The notes beneath the pieces were generated by a model. The model ran no database searches. It saw only the letters and a program-made list of their open reading frames with translations, and was not told where the DNA came from. From an uncultured virus (IMG/VR IMGVR_UViG_3300044846_004358) (Duplodnaviria > Heunggongvirae > Uroviricota > Caudoviricetes), in the IMG/VR virus record IMGVR_UViG_3300044846_004358: a stretch of 64,000 bases of DNA; one strand, given 5' to 3'. Below are positions 55,587 through 63,851 of this stretch, piece after piece. The first letter of the stretch is position 1. Each line of letters opens with the position of its first letter. A program made the translations under genes and the position numbers.

Positions 55587-56025
55587 CTTTTTTTATTTGT
55601 TTTTCTATTTCAGAATATATCAGTTTAATCATTTTAAAATAAAATTCATCTGTTTTATTTTGGTCTGTCATATTGTTAATTATGTTATATAATATATTTG
55701 CATAATAATCTTTTTCAATAAATTCATACGTTATATCATCAATGGCTGAATCAATCCGCCTATATTTTTTTTCTTTCATTACAGAATGTACTTTTTTTAC
55801 CCACCACTTGAAGTCACCTTCTTTAACTATTTTATCTAAAATTAAGTCCAAAACTTTGTCTTCCAAATCTAATGTTTCACCTAATTGTAATGCCGTTTCA
55901 AATTGTTCATTGTCAATTAATATCTTGAATTTTTCAAGATATTCTTCGTTTTCATCTTGTTCTTTAATTATCCTTTTAACCAAATTAGTTAAATCACTTT
56001 CTGTTAATCTTACTATCTTTTTCAT
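55561..56025 (-). CDS. Hypothetical protein with class-A leader
   Basis: MKKIVRLTESDLTNLVKRIIKE; TATTTAT motif at 56054-56060. Confidence 0.8.
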   Translation of the reverse strand: MKKIVRLTESDLTNLVKRIIKEQDENEEYLEKFKILIDNEQFETALQLGETLDLEDKVLDLILDKIVKEGDFKWWVKKVHSVMKEKKYRRIDSAIDDITYEFIEKDYYANILYNIINNMTDQNKTDEFYFKMIKLIYSEIEKQIKKDEKDSKIN

Positions 56026-56182
56026 CGTTTTTTTTTCAATTTTATTTTATAAAAATAAATATCTCATATAAATAAAAAAACCCCAACAAATTTCTACATT
56101 TATCGGGGTTAAGATATATCGACCAACATAAGAAAGGGAAGTTGGGTTGTGAATATAAATATATCAATATTTACAAAAAGTA

Positions 56183-56569
56183 TCAAAAAATTTTATTAAT
56201 TATAAAAAAAAGTTGTTTTTCAACATTATCAGGCAAGTTTTTTTTATTAAACCACCCACATTCATCGTGTTCGTGACCATCCATAGCCTCATCCAAATCA
56301 ATCTCGACCTTTCTTGAAATCTCATACATAAACAAATAATACTTCATTCTACCCCCACCAGTCAATGTTGCCAAATATTTCAAATCACCCAATATCACCA
56401 ATCCTGTCTCCTCACTAAACTCTCTAATAGCACCATTTTCAACACTCTCACCTTTCTCCAAATGACCACCAGGTACAGACCATACACCAGGTAAACTACT
56501 CTTCTGACTTCGTTTACATAATAAACATTGATTTTTATATTTTAATAAGATACCAGCACAATTTCCCAT
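56183..56569 (-). CDS. NUDIX hydrolase
   Basis: WSVPGGHLEKGESVENGAIREFSEETG Nudix box. Confidence 0.92.
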   Translation of the reverse strand: MGNCAGILLKYKNQCLLCKRSQKSSLPGVWSVPGGHLEKGESVENGAIREFSEETGLVILGDLKYLATLTGGGRMKYYLFMYEISRKVEIDLDEAMDGHEHDECGWFNKKNLPDNVEKQLFFIINKIF

Positions 56570-56595
56570 AACGAATTATTATTATATTTATAAGT

Positions 56596-56943
56596 ATGAA
56601 GTTAAGTATAAACGGAAACATTTTCAAGGTAAAAATCCAAACATCTCCCGAAGAAACTCAAGAAGGAATGATGTTCAAAAAATTTGATAAAACATTCAAC
56701 GGAATGTTATTCGTAATGAAAAACCAAGAACATTGTTTTTGGATGAAAAATTGTATTATACCACTAGATATCATATTCATCGACAATGATGTTATCACCA
56801 AAATACATCATAATTGTCAACCAATGATTAATGAATCACATAAGAATTATTGTGGTGAAGGAAACTTTATTCTTGAAGTAAAAGGAGGAACTTGTAAAGG
56901 AATGGGAATTAAAAAGGGGGATGTTGTTACATTCCCCCTTTAA
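56596..56943 (+). CDS. DUF192-family protein
   Basis: G.MF...GMLFV...FWMKN..IPLDIIFI...LEV.GG. Confidence 0.85.
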   Translation: MKLSINGNIFKVKIQTSPEETQEGMMFKKFDKTFNGMLFVMKNQEHCFWMKNCIIPLDIIFIDNDVITKIHHNCQPMINESHKNYCGEGNFILEVKGGTCKGMGIKKGDVVTFPL

Positions 56944-56945
56944 TC

Positions 56946-58619
56946 TTAACCTTTCATTATTTTCTTTATTATATTCCTAAAGTAGTTTTCATCGATATTC
57001 TGTTTTTTCTCTTTCTGAATTTCATTTTTCAACTTTTCAACAAACTCATCTTTAATCATTCCAATGAACTCAGTTGTTTTGTATGGACCGAATCCACCAC
57101 CCAAAGCAGAAGCTTGGAAATTTGTAATACACTTGTGTCCACCACTATTGTTTTTTATAACATCATAAGCATTAATATAAACTTCTTTTAGAATACTTTG
57201 TTCAAAATCCGTTAAACCAACAAAAGGTTTCATCATAGTTTTTCTAATTAGATTTTGCCAAAACTTAAGTGGGGTCATTTTTTTTTGTCCTTTTTTCTTA
57301 TTTTCCTCCTCACTTTTCTTATTTTCCTCTTCACTTTTTTTGTTTGTAAAATTTTTAAATTTTTCAGGTACATCAAAATAGCCTTTTATATTTATGATTT
57401 TACCATCTTTATCTTTGATAACTTTACCATTCTCATCTTTTTCGCTATACAATGCAATAAAATCTTGAAAGGTAAAACCAACACTTTCATAAGGTACAAA
57501 TTTTTTACTACTTTCAGCAACTTCTTTTAAACGTAAAAGTGTAGTCTTAATACCTTCTAATTCAGATTTATGGTTATTGAGAATTTCTGTATTCATTTTA
57601 CCTAAATCAACCCCTTTGAGTCCTCTAGATTCTTTATATGGATTACAAGAAACTTGTAATAATCCAACTGAACCCCAAGTTACAACCTGGAAATCAGCGT
57701 CAGGAATCAATTCAAAAGCCACATATCTATCATAACTTCCAACATTAGCCATACTAGCACCAGCAGACCCATCTTTGATGATAATACCATCCTCGTATTT
57801 GAGTTGTTTACCTATGTTACCTCTAACTTTCTCCAAATAGGTTTCACCATGTTTTTGAAGTTGTTGTTGAATTCTTCTGATTTTATCACCTTTTGGTTCT
57901 TCATTACCCAACTCTGTGTTCAAAAATCCCTTCACTTTATCCATTAAACCAGAATCCATAATCATTCTTATCAAATTATTATAGATATTTTTAAGTGATG
58001 GAGTACAAATAAGAACAAGTCTCTCTAATATATTTTTACCTTCAAATTCTTTATTTTTAAACGCTAACAATATTTTGTTTGTAACCAATCCCATTATTAT
58101 ATTACTTCTTTCAGGAGATTCTTTTTCAACCTTGAAAATGTAATTCATAACCTCCCTAACAGTAATATTCATTGCTCTAAAATTAGCAGAATCAATTGTT
58201 GATATTATTTTAATGTCAGATGGAGGAAATAAGTCATATGTTGAAATTACACCTGATATTGTTTCAACATTTGACCTTGCATGTCTGAAACTTGTTGATG
58301 TTCCTGATTCAACCCCTGCTTGTCTATCGTGATGGTCTGTATGAATCTTAAACATTGGTTTTCCGTGAGCAAAATCTACCAAAACAGGCATAACATTTCC
58401 ACTGGCATCTGGTTTTTTGATAGCAAACTCATCTGTACCATATTGTATTGTTTCAGCATCAACAACCTCTATACCATAACTTTCCAAATATACTTTCATT
58501 GCAATTGCTGATGTAACACCATCCAAATCAATATGAAAATATATTTTGGCCTTGTTGTATCTTTTTGCGATATCATTAATATCACGAATACCTGATTCCT
58601 TAATTAATTGTTTTTTCAT
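56946..58619 (-). CDS. DHH-family phosphoesterase-like protein
   Basis: FHIDLDG, VLVDF, HTDHH, SGGH; TATTTAT motif at 58637-58643. Confidence 0.7.
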   Translation of the reverse strand: MKKQLIKESGIRDINDIAKRYNKAKIYFHIDLDGVTSAIAMKVYLESYGIEVVDAETIQYGTDEFAIKKPDASGNVMPVLVDFAHGKPMFKIHTDHHDRQAGVESGTSTSFRHARSNVETISGVISTYDLFPPSDIKIISTIDSANFRAMNITVREVMNYIFKVEKESPERSNIIMGLVTNKILLAFKNKEFEGKNILERLVLICTPSLKNIYNNLIRMIMDSGLMDKVKGFLNTELGNEEPKGDKIRRIQQQLQKHGETYLEKVRGNIGKQLKYEDGIIIKDGSAGASMANVGSYDRYVAFELIPDADFQVVTWGSVGLLQVSCNPYKESRGLKGVDLGKMNTEILNNHKSELEGIKTTLLRLKEVAESSKKFVPYESVGFTFQDFIALYSEKDENGKVIKDKDGKIINIKGYFDVPEKFKNFTNKKSEEENKKSEEENKKKGQKKMTPLKFWQNLIRKTMMKPFVGLTDFEQSILKEVYINAYDVIKNNSGGHKCITNFQASALGGGFGPYKTTEFIGMIKDEFVEKLKNEIQKEKKQNIDENYFRNIIKKIMKG

Positions 58620-58667
58620 TAAAAAATGTTTTCTTCATAAATATCCCCCTTAAACAAAAAAAGGAAC

Positions 58668-59534
58668 TTATTCAGCTCCTTCTTCAAATTCTATTTTCAT
58701 TTGTTTCTTGTTATCCACAAAGGCTTGAACCCTATCAGTTCCAATCTTTGTATAATTTGGACTTAATTCTATCCCAACCCATCTTCTATCTAATATCTCA
58801 GCGGCAACCATTGTTGTTGCACTACCACAGAATGGGTCTAAGACAATATCGTTTTTATATGTCAAAATCTTTATCGCTTTTGTTGGAATATCCATGCTGA
58901 ACGTGGCTTTCGTTAATGTCTTGGTATCTGCAAAGTAACTCCATTGACCATAAACCAATTCCATAAACTCTTTCTTATCTTCATCAAGATAAGTCATTTT
59001 GGTTTTACCATCTTCTTGGACAACTGGTGTTCCTGTCCATTGTGGTTGTCCTTTGGTTTGTTTCTTATGAAATTTCTTATATGCCAATATTACACATTCT
59101 TTTGGATTGTAGATATAAGGACTAGAACTACTCATCCAAGAACCCCATGCTGTAGTTTTACTTCTATGTGGGGATTGTTCTTCCAAGTCAACAACACCAA
59201 AGAATTGGAATCCAACTTTCTTCATTAACATCCAAAACTCAGCAACCATAAAAACTCTTCCACCTCTATCTTGTGTATTGATTTCATAAGGAATGTTCAA
59301 AGATAATCTTCCATCCTCTTTCAATACTCTGAATGCTTGGGTCAACCACTTTTCAGTCCATTCCCAATATTGTTCCATAGTTAAACCATCATTGTATGTG
59401 TCATAAGAGATATTAACATTATATGGAGGTGATGTGATAACTTGGTCAATACTATTTTCGGGGAAGGTAGACATAACCTCAATACAATCCCCATTTATTA
59501 TTTTATTTACAAATTGTTCTATATTATTTTCCAT
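58668..59534 (-). CDS. N4-cytosine/N6-adenine DNA methyltransferase (beta class)
   Basis: GDC, TSPPYN, VLDPFCGS.TT, GIELS. Confidence 0.92.
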   Translation of the reverse strand: MENNIEQFVNKIINGDCIEVMSTFPENSIDQVITSPPYNVNISYDTYNDGLTMEQYWEWTEKWLTQAFRVLKEDGRLSLNIPYEINTQDRGGRVFMVAEFWMLMKKVGFQFFGVVDLEEQSPHRSKTTAWGSWMSSSSPYIYNPKECVILAYKKFHKKQTKGQPQWTGTPVVQEDGKTKMTYLDEDKKEFMELVYGQWSYFADTKTLTKATFSMDIPTKAIKILTYKNDIVLDPFCGSATTMVAAEILDRRWVGIELSPNYTKIGTDRVQAFVDNKKQMKIEFEEGAE

Positions 59535-59572
59535 TATTTGATTTTCTATAATTGTAGGTATTTTTTTGGAGA

Positions 59573-59824
59573 TTATAAAGGGGGTTGTCCATCTATTATT
59601 CTAACTTCACTTTCCGTAATAATAACCACTCTTGCACCACAAGATAATAGTGGTTTTGCCTCACATCCTTCACCACCATATATAACTTTACTTGGACCTA
59701 ATATCTCAACTTCATTACAATAGGTGTTCTTCTTACCTTGTTTTACGGTTATGACAGGTAGATTTGTTCCTTTTGTTTTATTGGAACGGATGTGATGTTG
59801 ATTGACGTGGATATAGGTTTTCAT
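59573..59824 (-). CDS. Conserved-looking phage hypothetical protein
   Basis: IHVNQH.IR.N...PVITVK...PLLSCGARV. Confidence 0.75.
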   Translation of the reverse strand: MKTYIHVNQHHIRSNKTKGTNLPVITVKQGKKNTYCNEVEILGPSKVIYGGEGCEAKPLLSCGARVVIITESEVRIIDGQPPL

Positions 59825-59827
59825 TTA

Positions 59828-60037
59828 TCAAAGATTTGGTATATTCCCTGTTACATCACTGATTATTTTTTCAAAGGTATTTTTACAATCTTGAGCACCT
59901 TGGTTATAATACTCTTGATTAATTTTATTTTCCATTTCTAAGGCTTGTTTATATACCTCATATCCTTCTTCTATTGTTGCTTCAGGATTATCATTGAAAA
60001 ATCTGTATAAAAAATATACTGCTCCGGTCTTTATCAT
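59828..60037 (-). CDS. Small hypothetical protein
   Basis: 69-aa ORF. Confidence 0.62.
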   Translation of the reverse strand: MIKTGAVYFLYRFFNDNPEATIEEGYEVYKQALEMENKINQEYYNQGAQDCKNTFEKIISDVTGNIPNL

Positions 60038-60038
60038 T

Positions 60039-60545
60039 TTATTTAAGTTTAATTAATCTATCTAATACATCTTTTGAGGTATGCCCATCAAAAGGATATT
60101 TGGCCTTTTCATATACTGGTATATCAAATAAATCCCAATCGTGAGCTTGATAATGATTACTGATTTGTCCTGATGGTAAGTTTGCCACTACTATAAACCA
60201 TCCACCACCAAAACATAATTCACCATCATTATGTCTCCAACTTTTATGAACATCATACTTTGGTAAATTAAGTATTTGCCAATCTTCACTTTCCCATTTT
60301 AGATATTCTTGCATTTGTTTTCCCCATTCATTGAATAGTGTTGCATTATATACTTTTCTAAACTCATAGAGTTCCTTGAAGGTATGGTATCCATCAGAGG
60401 TGTCTTCTGTAATGGTGGATTGTTCCTTTTCCATTTCTTTGGCTTTTTCAAATACTCTAATGTTATATATAACATCTTCATTTGATAAAGGATTATCTAA
60501 TAAATTTTTATATAGATATTCAACTGCTGTTTGTTTCTTTTCCAT
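60039..60545 (-). CDS. Conserved-looking phage hypothetical protein
   Basis: SDGYHTF.ELY..R, KSWRH.DG, GWFIV, GQIS.HY, FDGHT motifs. Confidence 0.75.
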   Translation of the reverse strand: MEKKQTAVEYLYKNLLDNPLSNEDVIYNIRVFEKAKEMEKEQSTITEDTSDGYHTFKELYEFRKVYNATLFNEWGKQMQEYLKWESEDWQILNLPKYDVHKSWRHNDGELCFGGGWFIVVANLPSGQISNHYQAHDWDLFDIPVYEKAKYPFDGHTSKDVLDRLIKLK

Positions 60546-60546
60546 A

Positions 60547-60792
60547 TTATATTTTTTTTACTTCTAATTTAACTTCTTCCCAATATTTGTAATGTAATTC
60601 TCTATCTGAGAATATTAGTTGCATTTTGGATAATTCATCCAAGTGAAGGTTAATTGATAACAACACACACTGCTTGATTAATTCTTTTCTAATATGACGA
60701 TTAATTACAGAGGATATCTGGTGTAGTCCTTCCTTATTAAAGGTGTGGAAGAGCTCTTGTGCCATATCTTGGGGTGGGATGTTGTTTTCCAT
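60547..60792 (-). CDS. Hypothetical protein
   Basis: 81-aa ORF ending YWEEVK.E. Confidence 0.7.
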   Translation of the reverse strand: MENNIPPQDMAQELFHTFNKEGLHQISSVINRHIRKELIKQCVLLSINLHLDELSKMQLIFSDRELHYKYWEEVKLEVKKI

Positions 60793-60844
60793 TTTATATA
60801 GTTGTATTTGTTGATATTGTTCTTGGATATATTACTGGGTTGTG

Positions 60845-60991
60845 CTATACAATCAGACACCCCAATATTATCATAACACTTACTATCATAGTTAACATCA
60901 TTAATATAATAACATCCCCATTTGTTACATAAGGTTCATAAAATTGTCCTCCTTCACCTTTGTCAAGCCACTTTTTAATTTTGTTACACAT
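60845..60991 (-). CDS. Small single-TM peptide (48 aa, not in ORF track)
   Basis: Hand translation MCNKIKKWLDKGEGGQFYEPYVTNGDVIILMMLTMIVSVMIILGCLIV. Confidence 0.45.
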   Translation of the reverse strand: MCNKIKKWLDKGEGGQFYEPYVTNGDVIILMMLTMIVSVMIILGCLIV

Positions 60992-61071
60992 TATTTGATA
61001 ATTGTTCTAATTTTTTTTATAAAATTCATTAATAATACCATAAATTTCTGAACTATTGGGTATCAAAACTA

Positions 61072-61251
61072 TTAGGGTTTACAAATATCCAACAATTGTT
61101 CTATATATTGAATATTTGTTTTAAATTTAATTTCACATTCAACTTCTTCAACTTCAGTTTTATTTTCATCTTTATAAATTGGTATAATATTAACCTCATC
61201 AATTCTACTGTTTAATAAACTTTCCAGTTTTTTTCTTTCTAAATTTTTCAT
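61072..61251 (-). pseudogene. Frameshifted small ORF (or sequencing error)
   Basis: MKNLERKKLESLL then TAG; removing one A from TTAAAACAG joins it to NSRIDEVNIIPIYKDENKTEVEEVECEIKF... Confidence 0.4.
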
Positions 61252-61361
61252 AATGTATTGTTTTTAATTAATATTAACTATTTGTCTTCTCCAATTAAGT
61301 TTTTGTTCAGCACAATCTTTCTTGAAACTCTTTAAAACTTTCTCTTTTTATGATTTTATTT

Positions 61362-61562
61362 TTAATATGTAAAAAAATTTGTACGTCTATCACCACATTT
61401 AACGCAAATCTTATATTCAATATCTTGATATGTTGAACTTATAACGGTTTTACCAGCTATTAATTGAATAACTAGATTGCGAAAAGTTACAGTTTCATAT
61501 CTGATTTTATCAGAATCACAAACACTACAATTATTAGTAAGTTTTTTTAAATTTTCTTCCAT
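61362..61562 (-). CDS. Small CxxC...CxxC zinc-ribbon-like protein
   Basis: CSVC and CVKC. Confidence 0.6.
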   Translation of the reverse strand: MEENLKKLTNNCSVCDSDKIRYETVTFRNLVIQLIAGKTVISSTYQDIEYKICVKCGDRRTNFFTY

Positions 61563-61565
61563 AAT

Positions 61566-61664
61566 TTAATTGTTTTCTGTGGTTATTAAATCGTGAAGCC
61601 CTTCCTTATTGAAACGATGGAAGAGCTCTTGTGCCATATCTTGGGGTGGTATGTTGTTTTCCAT
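61566..61664 (-). pseudogene. Truncated duplicate of 60547..60792
   Basis: MENNIPPQDMAQELFHRFNKEGLHDLITTENN*; 48 bp with one mismatch to 60746-60793. Confidence 0.65.
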
Positions 61665-61891
61665 TATTTGATAATTGTTCTAATTTTTTTTCTTTTGAAC
61701 CAATCAACATATGATGTAGCCTCTTCAAGAGTTATAAATTGATAATTAGTGTTTATCCACGGCATAAAGAAAAATATTTTCTTTTCTATTTCATATCTTG
61801 TTACAAAGTATACTTCAGGTATAAAATCTATTTTAGCCTCATAATTCTTCGTTATTTGAGGTGTTTCAACTTTTACAATTCTGTATTCCAT
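61664..61891 (-). CDS. Small hypothetical protein
   Basis: 75-aa ORF. Confidence 0.65.
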   Translation of the reverse strand: MEYRIVKVETPQITKNYEAKIDFIPEVYFVTRYEIEKKIFFFMPWINTNYQFITLEEATSYVDWFKRKKIRTIIK

Positions 61892-61892
61892 A

Positions 61893-62288
61893 TTATATTG
61901 TTGTTTTAGTTGAAGTTAAACAATAGGTATAGTTGTCTTCTGATGTACAATTACAGATACCAAAACCGCAACTTAAAGCATCAGAATATGTTGTTGTATT
62001 TGATTTAATTGTCCCTTCATATTTTTTTTGCATTAGTTCCATAACACTCCCAATCGTACAACCACAAATACCATTACCACCATTTTCTGGATTACATCCA
62101 CATATTGTATGATATGGAACTTTTTCAGGTATCTTGTGGTCGTATCTGTCTTTGATGAAAGTTGATTCAGTTTTATCGGTCATCTCGTATAATCGTATTA
62201 ACGAAAATATGGAACTTTCAATTTCTTTGATGTCTGTTGAATTATCAAAAACATCTTTAATTAACAATCTTAAATTGTCTAGTGTCAT
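61893..62288 (-). CDS. Cys-rich hypothetical protein
   Basis: ICGCNP..GGNGICGC, CGFGICNC. Confidence 0.65.
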   Translation of the reverse strand: MTLDNLRLLIKDVFDNSTDIKEIESSIFSLIRLYEMTDKTESTFIKDRYDHKIPEKVPYHTICGCNPENGGNGICGCTIGSVMELMQKKYEGTIKSNTTTYSDALSCGFGICNCTSEDNYTYCLTSTKTTI

Positions 62289-62289
62289 A

Positions 62290-63414
62290 TTAATTAGATA
62301 ATGGTAATTTTATGATTGGGTGTGATTGGTAATTTTCTAACTTGAATGTTATACTTGGGTCTAATGTATTCAATACTTCATCCAATTCCAATAGATGCCA
62401 ATTTTCATTACCTGAATTAATCTTCAATGTTGGTAATTGATATGGTTCTCTTGTTAGTTGTTCCTTAACTCCATCAATTTGATTTGAATAAATATGACAA
62501 TCTCCCATATTAGCAATTAACTCATCAGGAATCATATTAACCATTTTACCCAATATCACCAACAACAATGCGTATGAAGATATATTGAATGGAGTTCCGA
62601 GTGGTACATCTTGGCTTCTGGCATTATACATTAAAGAGATTGCTCTGGTTGGGATATTTTCCCAATCAATTTTAGTATCACTTCCTTTTAGTGCTTGATG
62701 TAAGTTATTCTTCAAGTATTGCATATCTCTAATTTCATTTCTTTCATCTTCACTCAATTCTCTTGTATAAACTTGAAATCCATAATGACAAGGTGGAAGT
62801 ACCATTTGGTCTAATTCACCCACATTCCAAGCTGAAACCATTAGTCGTCTTGAGTCTGGATTTGTTTTGAGTTCGTTAATGAGGATTACTATTTGGTCAA
62901 TAACTGTTTGGTCTGCATCATCATAAATGTTTTCGTATGAACCATCAGTTGATAGATACATTTTCTTTTTAGTCCATCTTCGCCATTGTCTTCCATATAT
63001 TTTTCCCAATTCACCCCACTTCTTAGCAAACTCATTATCTGTTTTGATTTTGTTAATGAATTCTTCTTTTGTTAAATTTCTACCATTAAATTTTTCACCA
63101 TCAGAAACAACTTCAGATAATTTTTTTGGTAACATAATATACCGCTTATAAGCATCACCATCCCAAATATGACAATCATTATCAACAAGGTATTTGATGT
63201 TTGTATCACCCCTTAAAAACCAAATCAATTCAGTCACAATTCCCTTGAAATACATTTTCTTGGTTGTTAGTACTGGAAATCCATCTGACATTTTATGTCT
63301 TATCTGGCGACCGAATACTGATATTGTTCCTGTACCAGTTCTATCATTTTTTGTTACCCCATTTGTCATTATATCCAATAGGAGTTCTTGATAATCTTTA
63401 TCTAATTTATTCAT
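62290..63414 (-). CDS. thyA: Thymidylate synthase
   Basis: DRTGTGT, TTKK, ELIWFLRG, IYGRQWR, SRR..VSAWN, LPPCH, RSQD.PLG.PFN, GDCHIY. Confidence 0.96.
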   Translation of the reverse strand: MNKLDKDYQELLLDIMTNGVTKNDRTGTGTISVFGRQIRHKMSDGFPVLTTKKMYFKGIVTELIWFLRGDTNIKYLVDNDCHIWDGDAYKRYIMLPKKLSEVVSDGEKFNGRNLTKEEFINKIKTDNEFAKKWGELGKIYGRQWRRWTKKKMYLSTDGSYENIYDDADQTVIDQIVILINELKTNPDSRRLMVSAWNVGELDQMVLPPCHYGFQVYTRELSEDERNEIRDMQYLKNNLHQALKGSDTKIDWENIPTRAISLMYNARSQDVPLGTPFNISSYALLLVILGKMVNMIPDELIANMGDCHIYSNQIDGVKEQLTREPYQLPTLKINSGNENWHLLELDEVLNTLDPSITFKLENYQSHPIIKLPLSN

Positions 63415-63419
63415 ATATA

Positions 63420-63851
63420 TTATTTTTCTTCAGGGTTTAATAGTCCTTTACCATATTGTTCCATTCTGTTGTAGTATCTTGTTTTAACTCGTTCAGAGAT
63501 TGGGATGGCTCTACCTTCTTCATCAATTCTTACAAATTTGATATTGGTTGATACCACCACATCTTGATGACCAGTATAAACATTATGTTTTCTAACTTCC
63601 ATATATAAAGTTACGGAACTTGTACCAAACTCTTTAACTGTGGCATAGAACTTAATAATATTACCAACCTTAACGGAGTTCTTGAAAATCAATTCATCAA
63701 TTTTGATTGTCACCATTCTTGGTGTATCACATATCTGTGCAGCATAAGCACCAGCACTTTGGTCGATTAACCCCAATATTGTTCCACCGAATATATTATC
63801 GTGAACACCATTATCTGAGGTCTTACAAATATAAGTCGTTACTAATTCCAT
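63420..63851 (-). CDS. Hotdog-fold acyl-CoA thioesterase (YciA-like)
   Basis: N....IFGG.IL..ID..A, VT..ID...F...V.VG, GTSS...V, FV.ID..G. Confidence 0.85.
   Translation of the reverse strand: MELVTTYICKTSDNGVHDNIFGGTILGLIDQSAGAYAAQICDTPRMVTIKIDELIFKNSVKVGNIIKFYATVKEFGTSSVTLYMEVRKHNVYTGHQDVVVSTNIKFVRIDEEGRAIPISERVKTRYYNRMEQYGKGLLNPEEK

Noticed and set aside
4919..56025. Leaders as Sec/Tat signal peptides or a DNA-binding domain
   Set aside because: They are charged and amphipathic with no hydrophobic core or twin-Arg motif, are only about 10-25 aa, and are fused to murein hydrolases; a ribbon-helix-type oligomerisation role cannot be fully excluded
3281..58643. TATAAATA as canonical T4 late promoters
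   Set aside because: Relative to the downstream genes the motif consistently reads TATTTAT on the sense strand, the opposite orientation
132..63391. Many short antisense or overlapping ORFs in the track (e.g. 2176..2562, 3325..3681, 35700..36077, 54917..55273)
   Set aside because: They are shadows of longer motif-bearing genes on the opposite strand or in another frame
62290..63414. Intron or intein in the long thyA
   Set aside because: The ORF is continuous; extra length is short in-frame insertions with no intein terminal or homing-nuclease motifs
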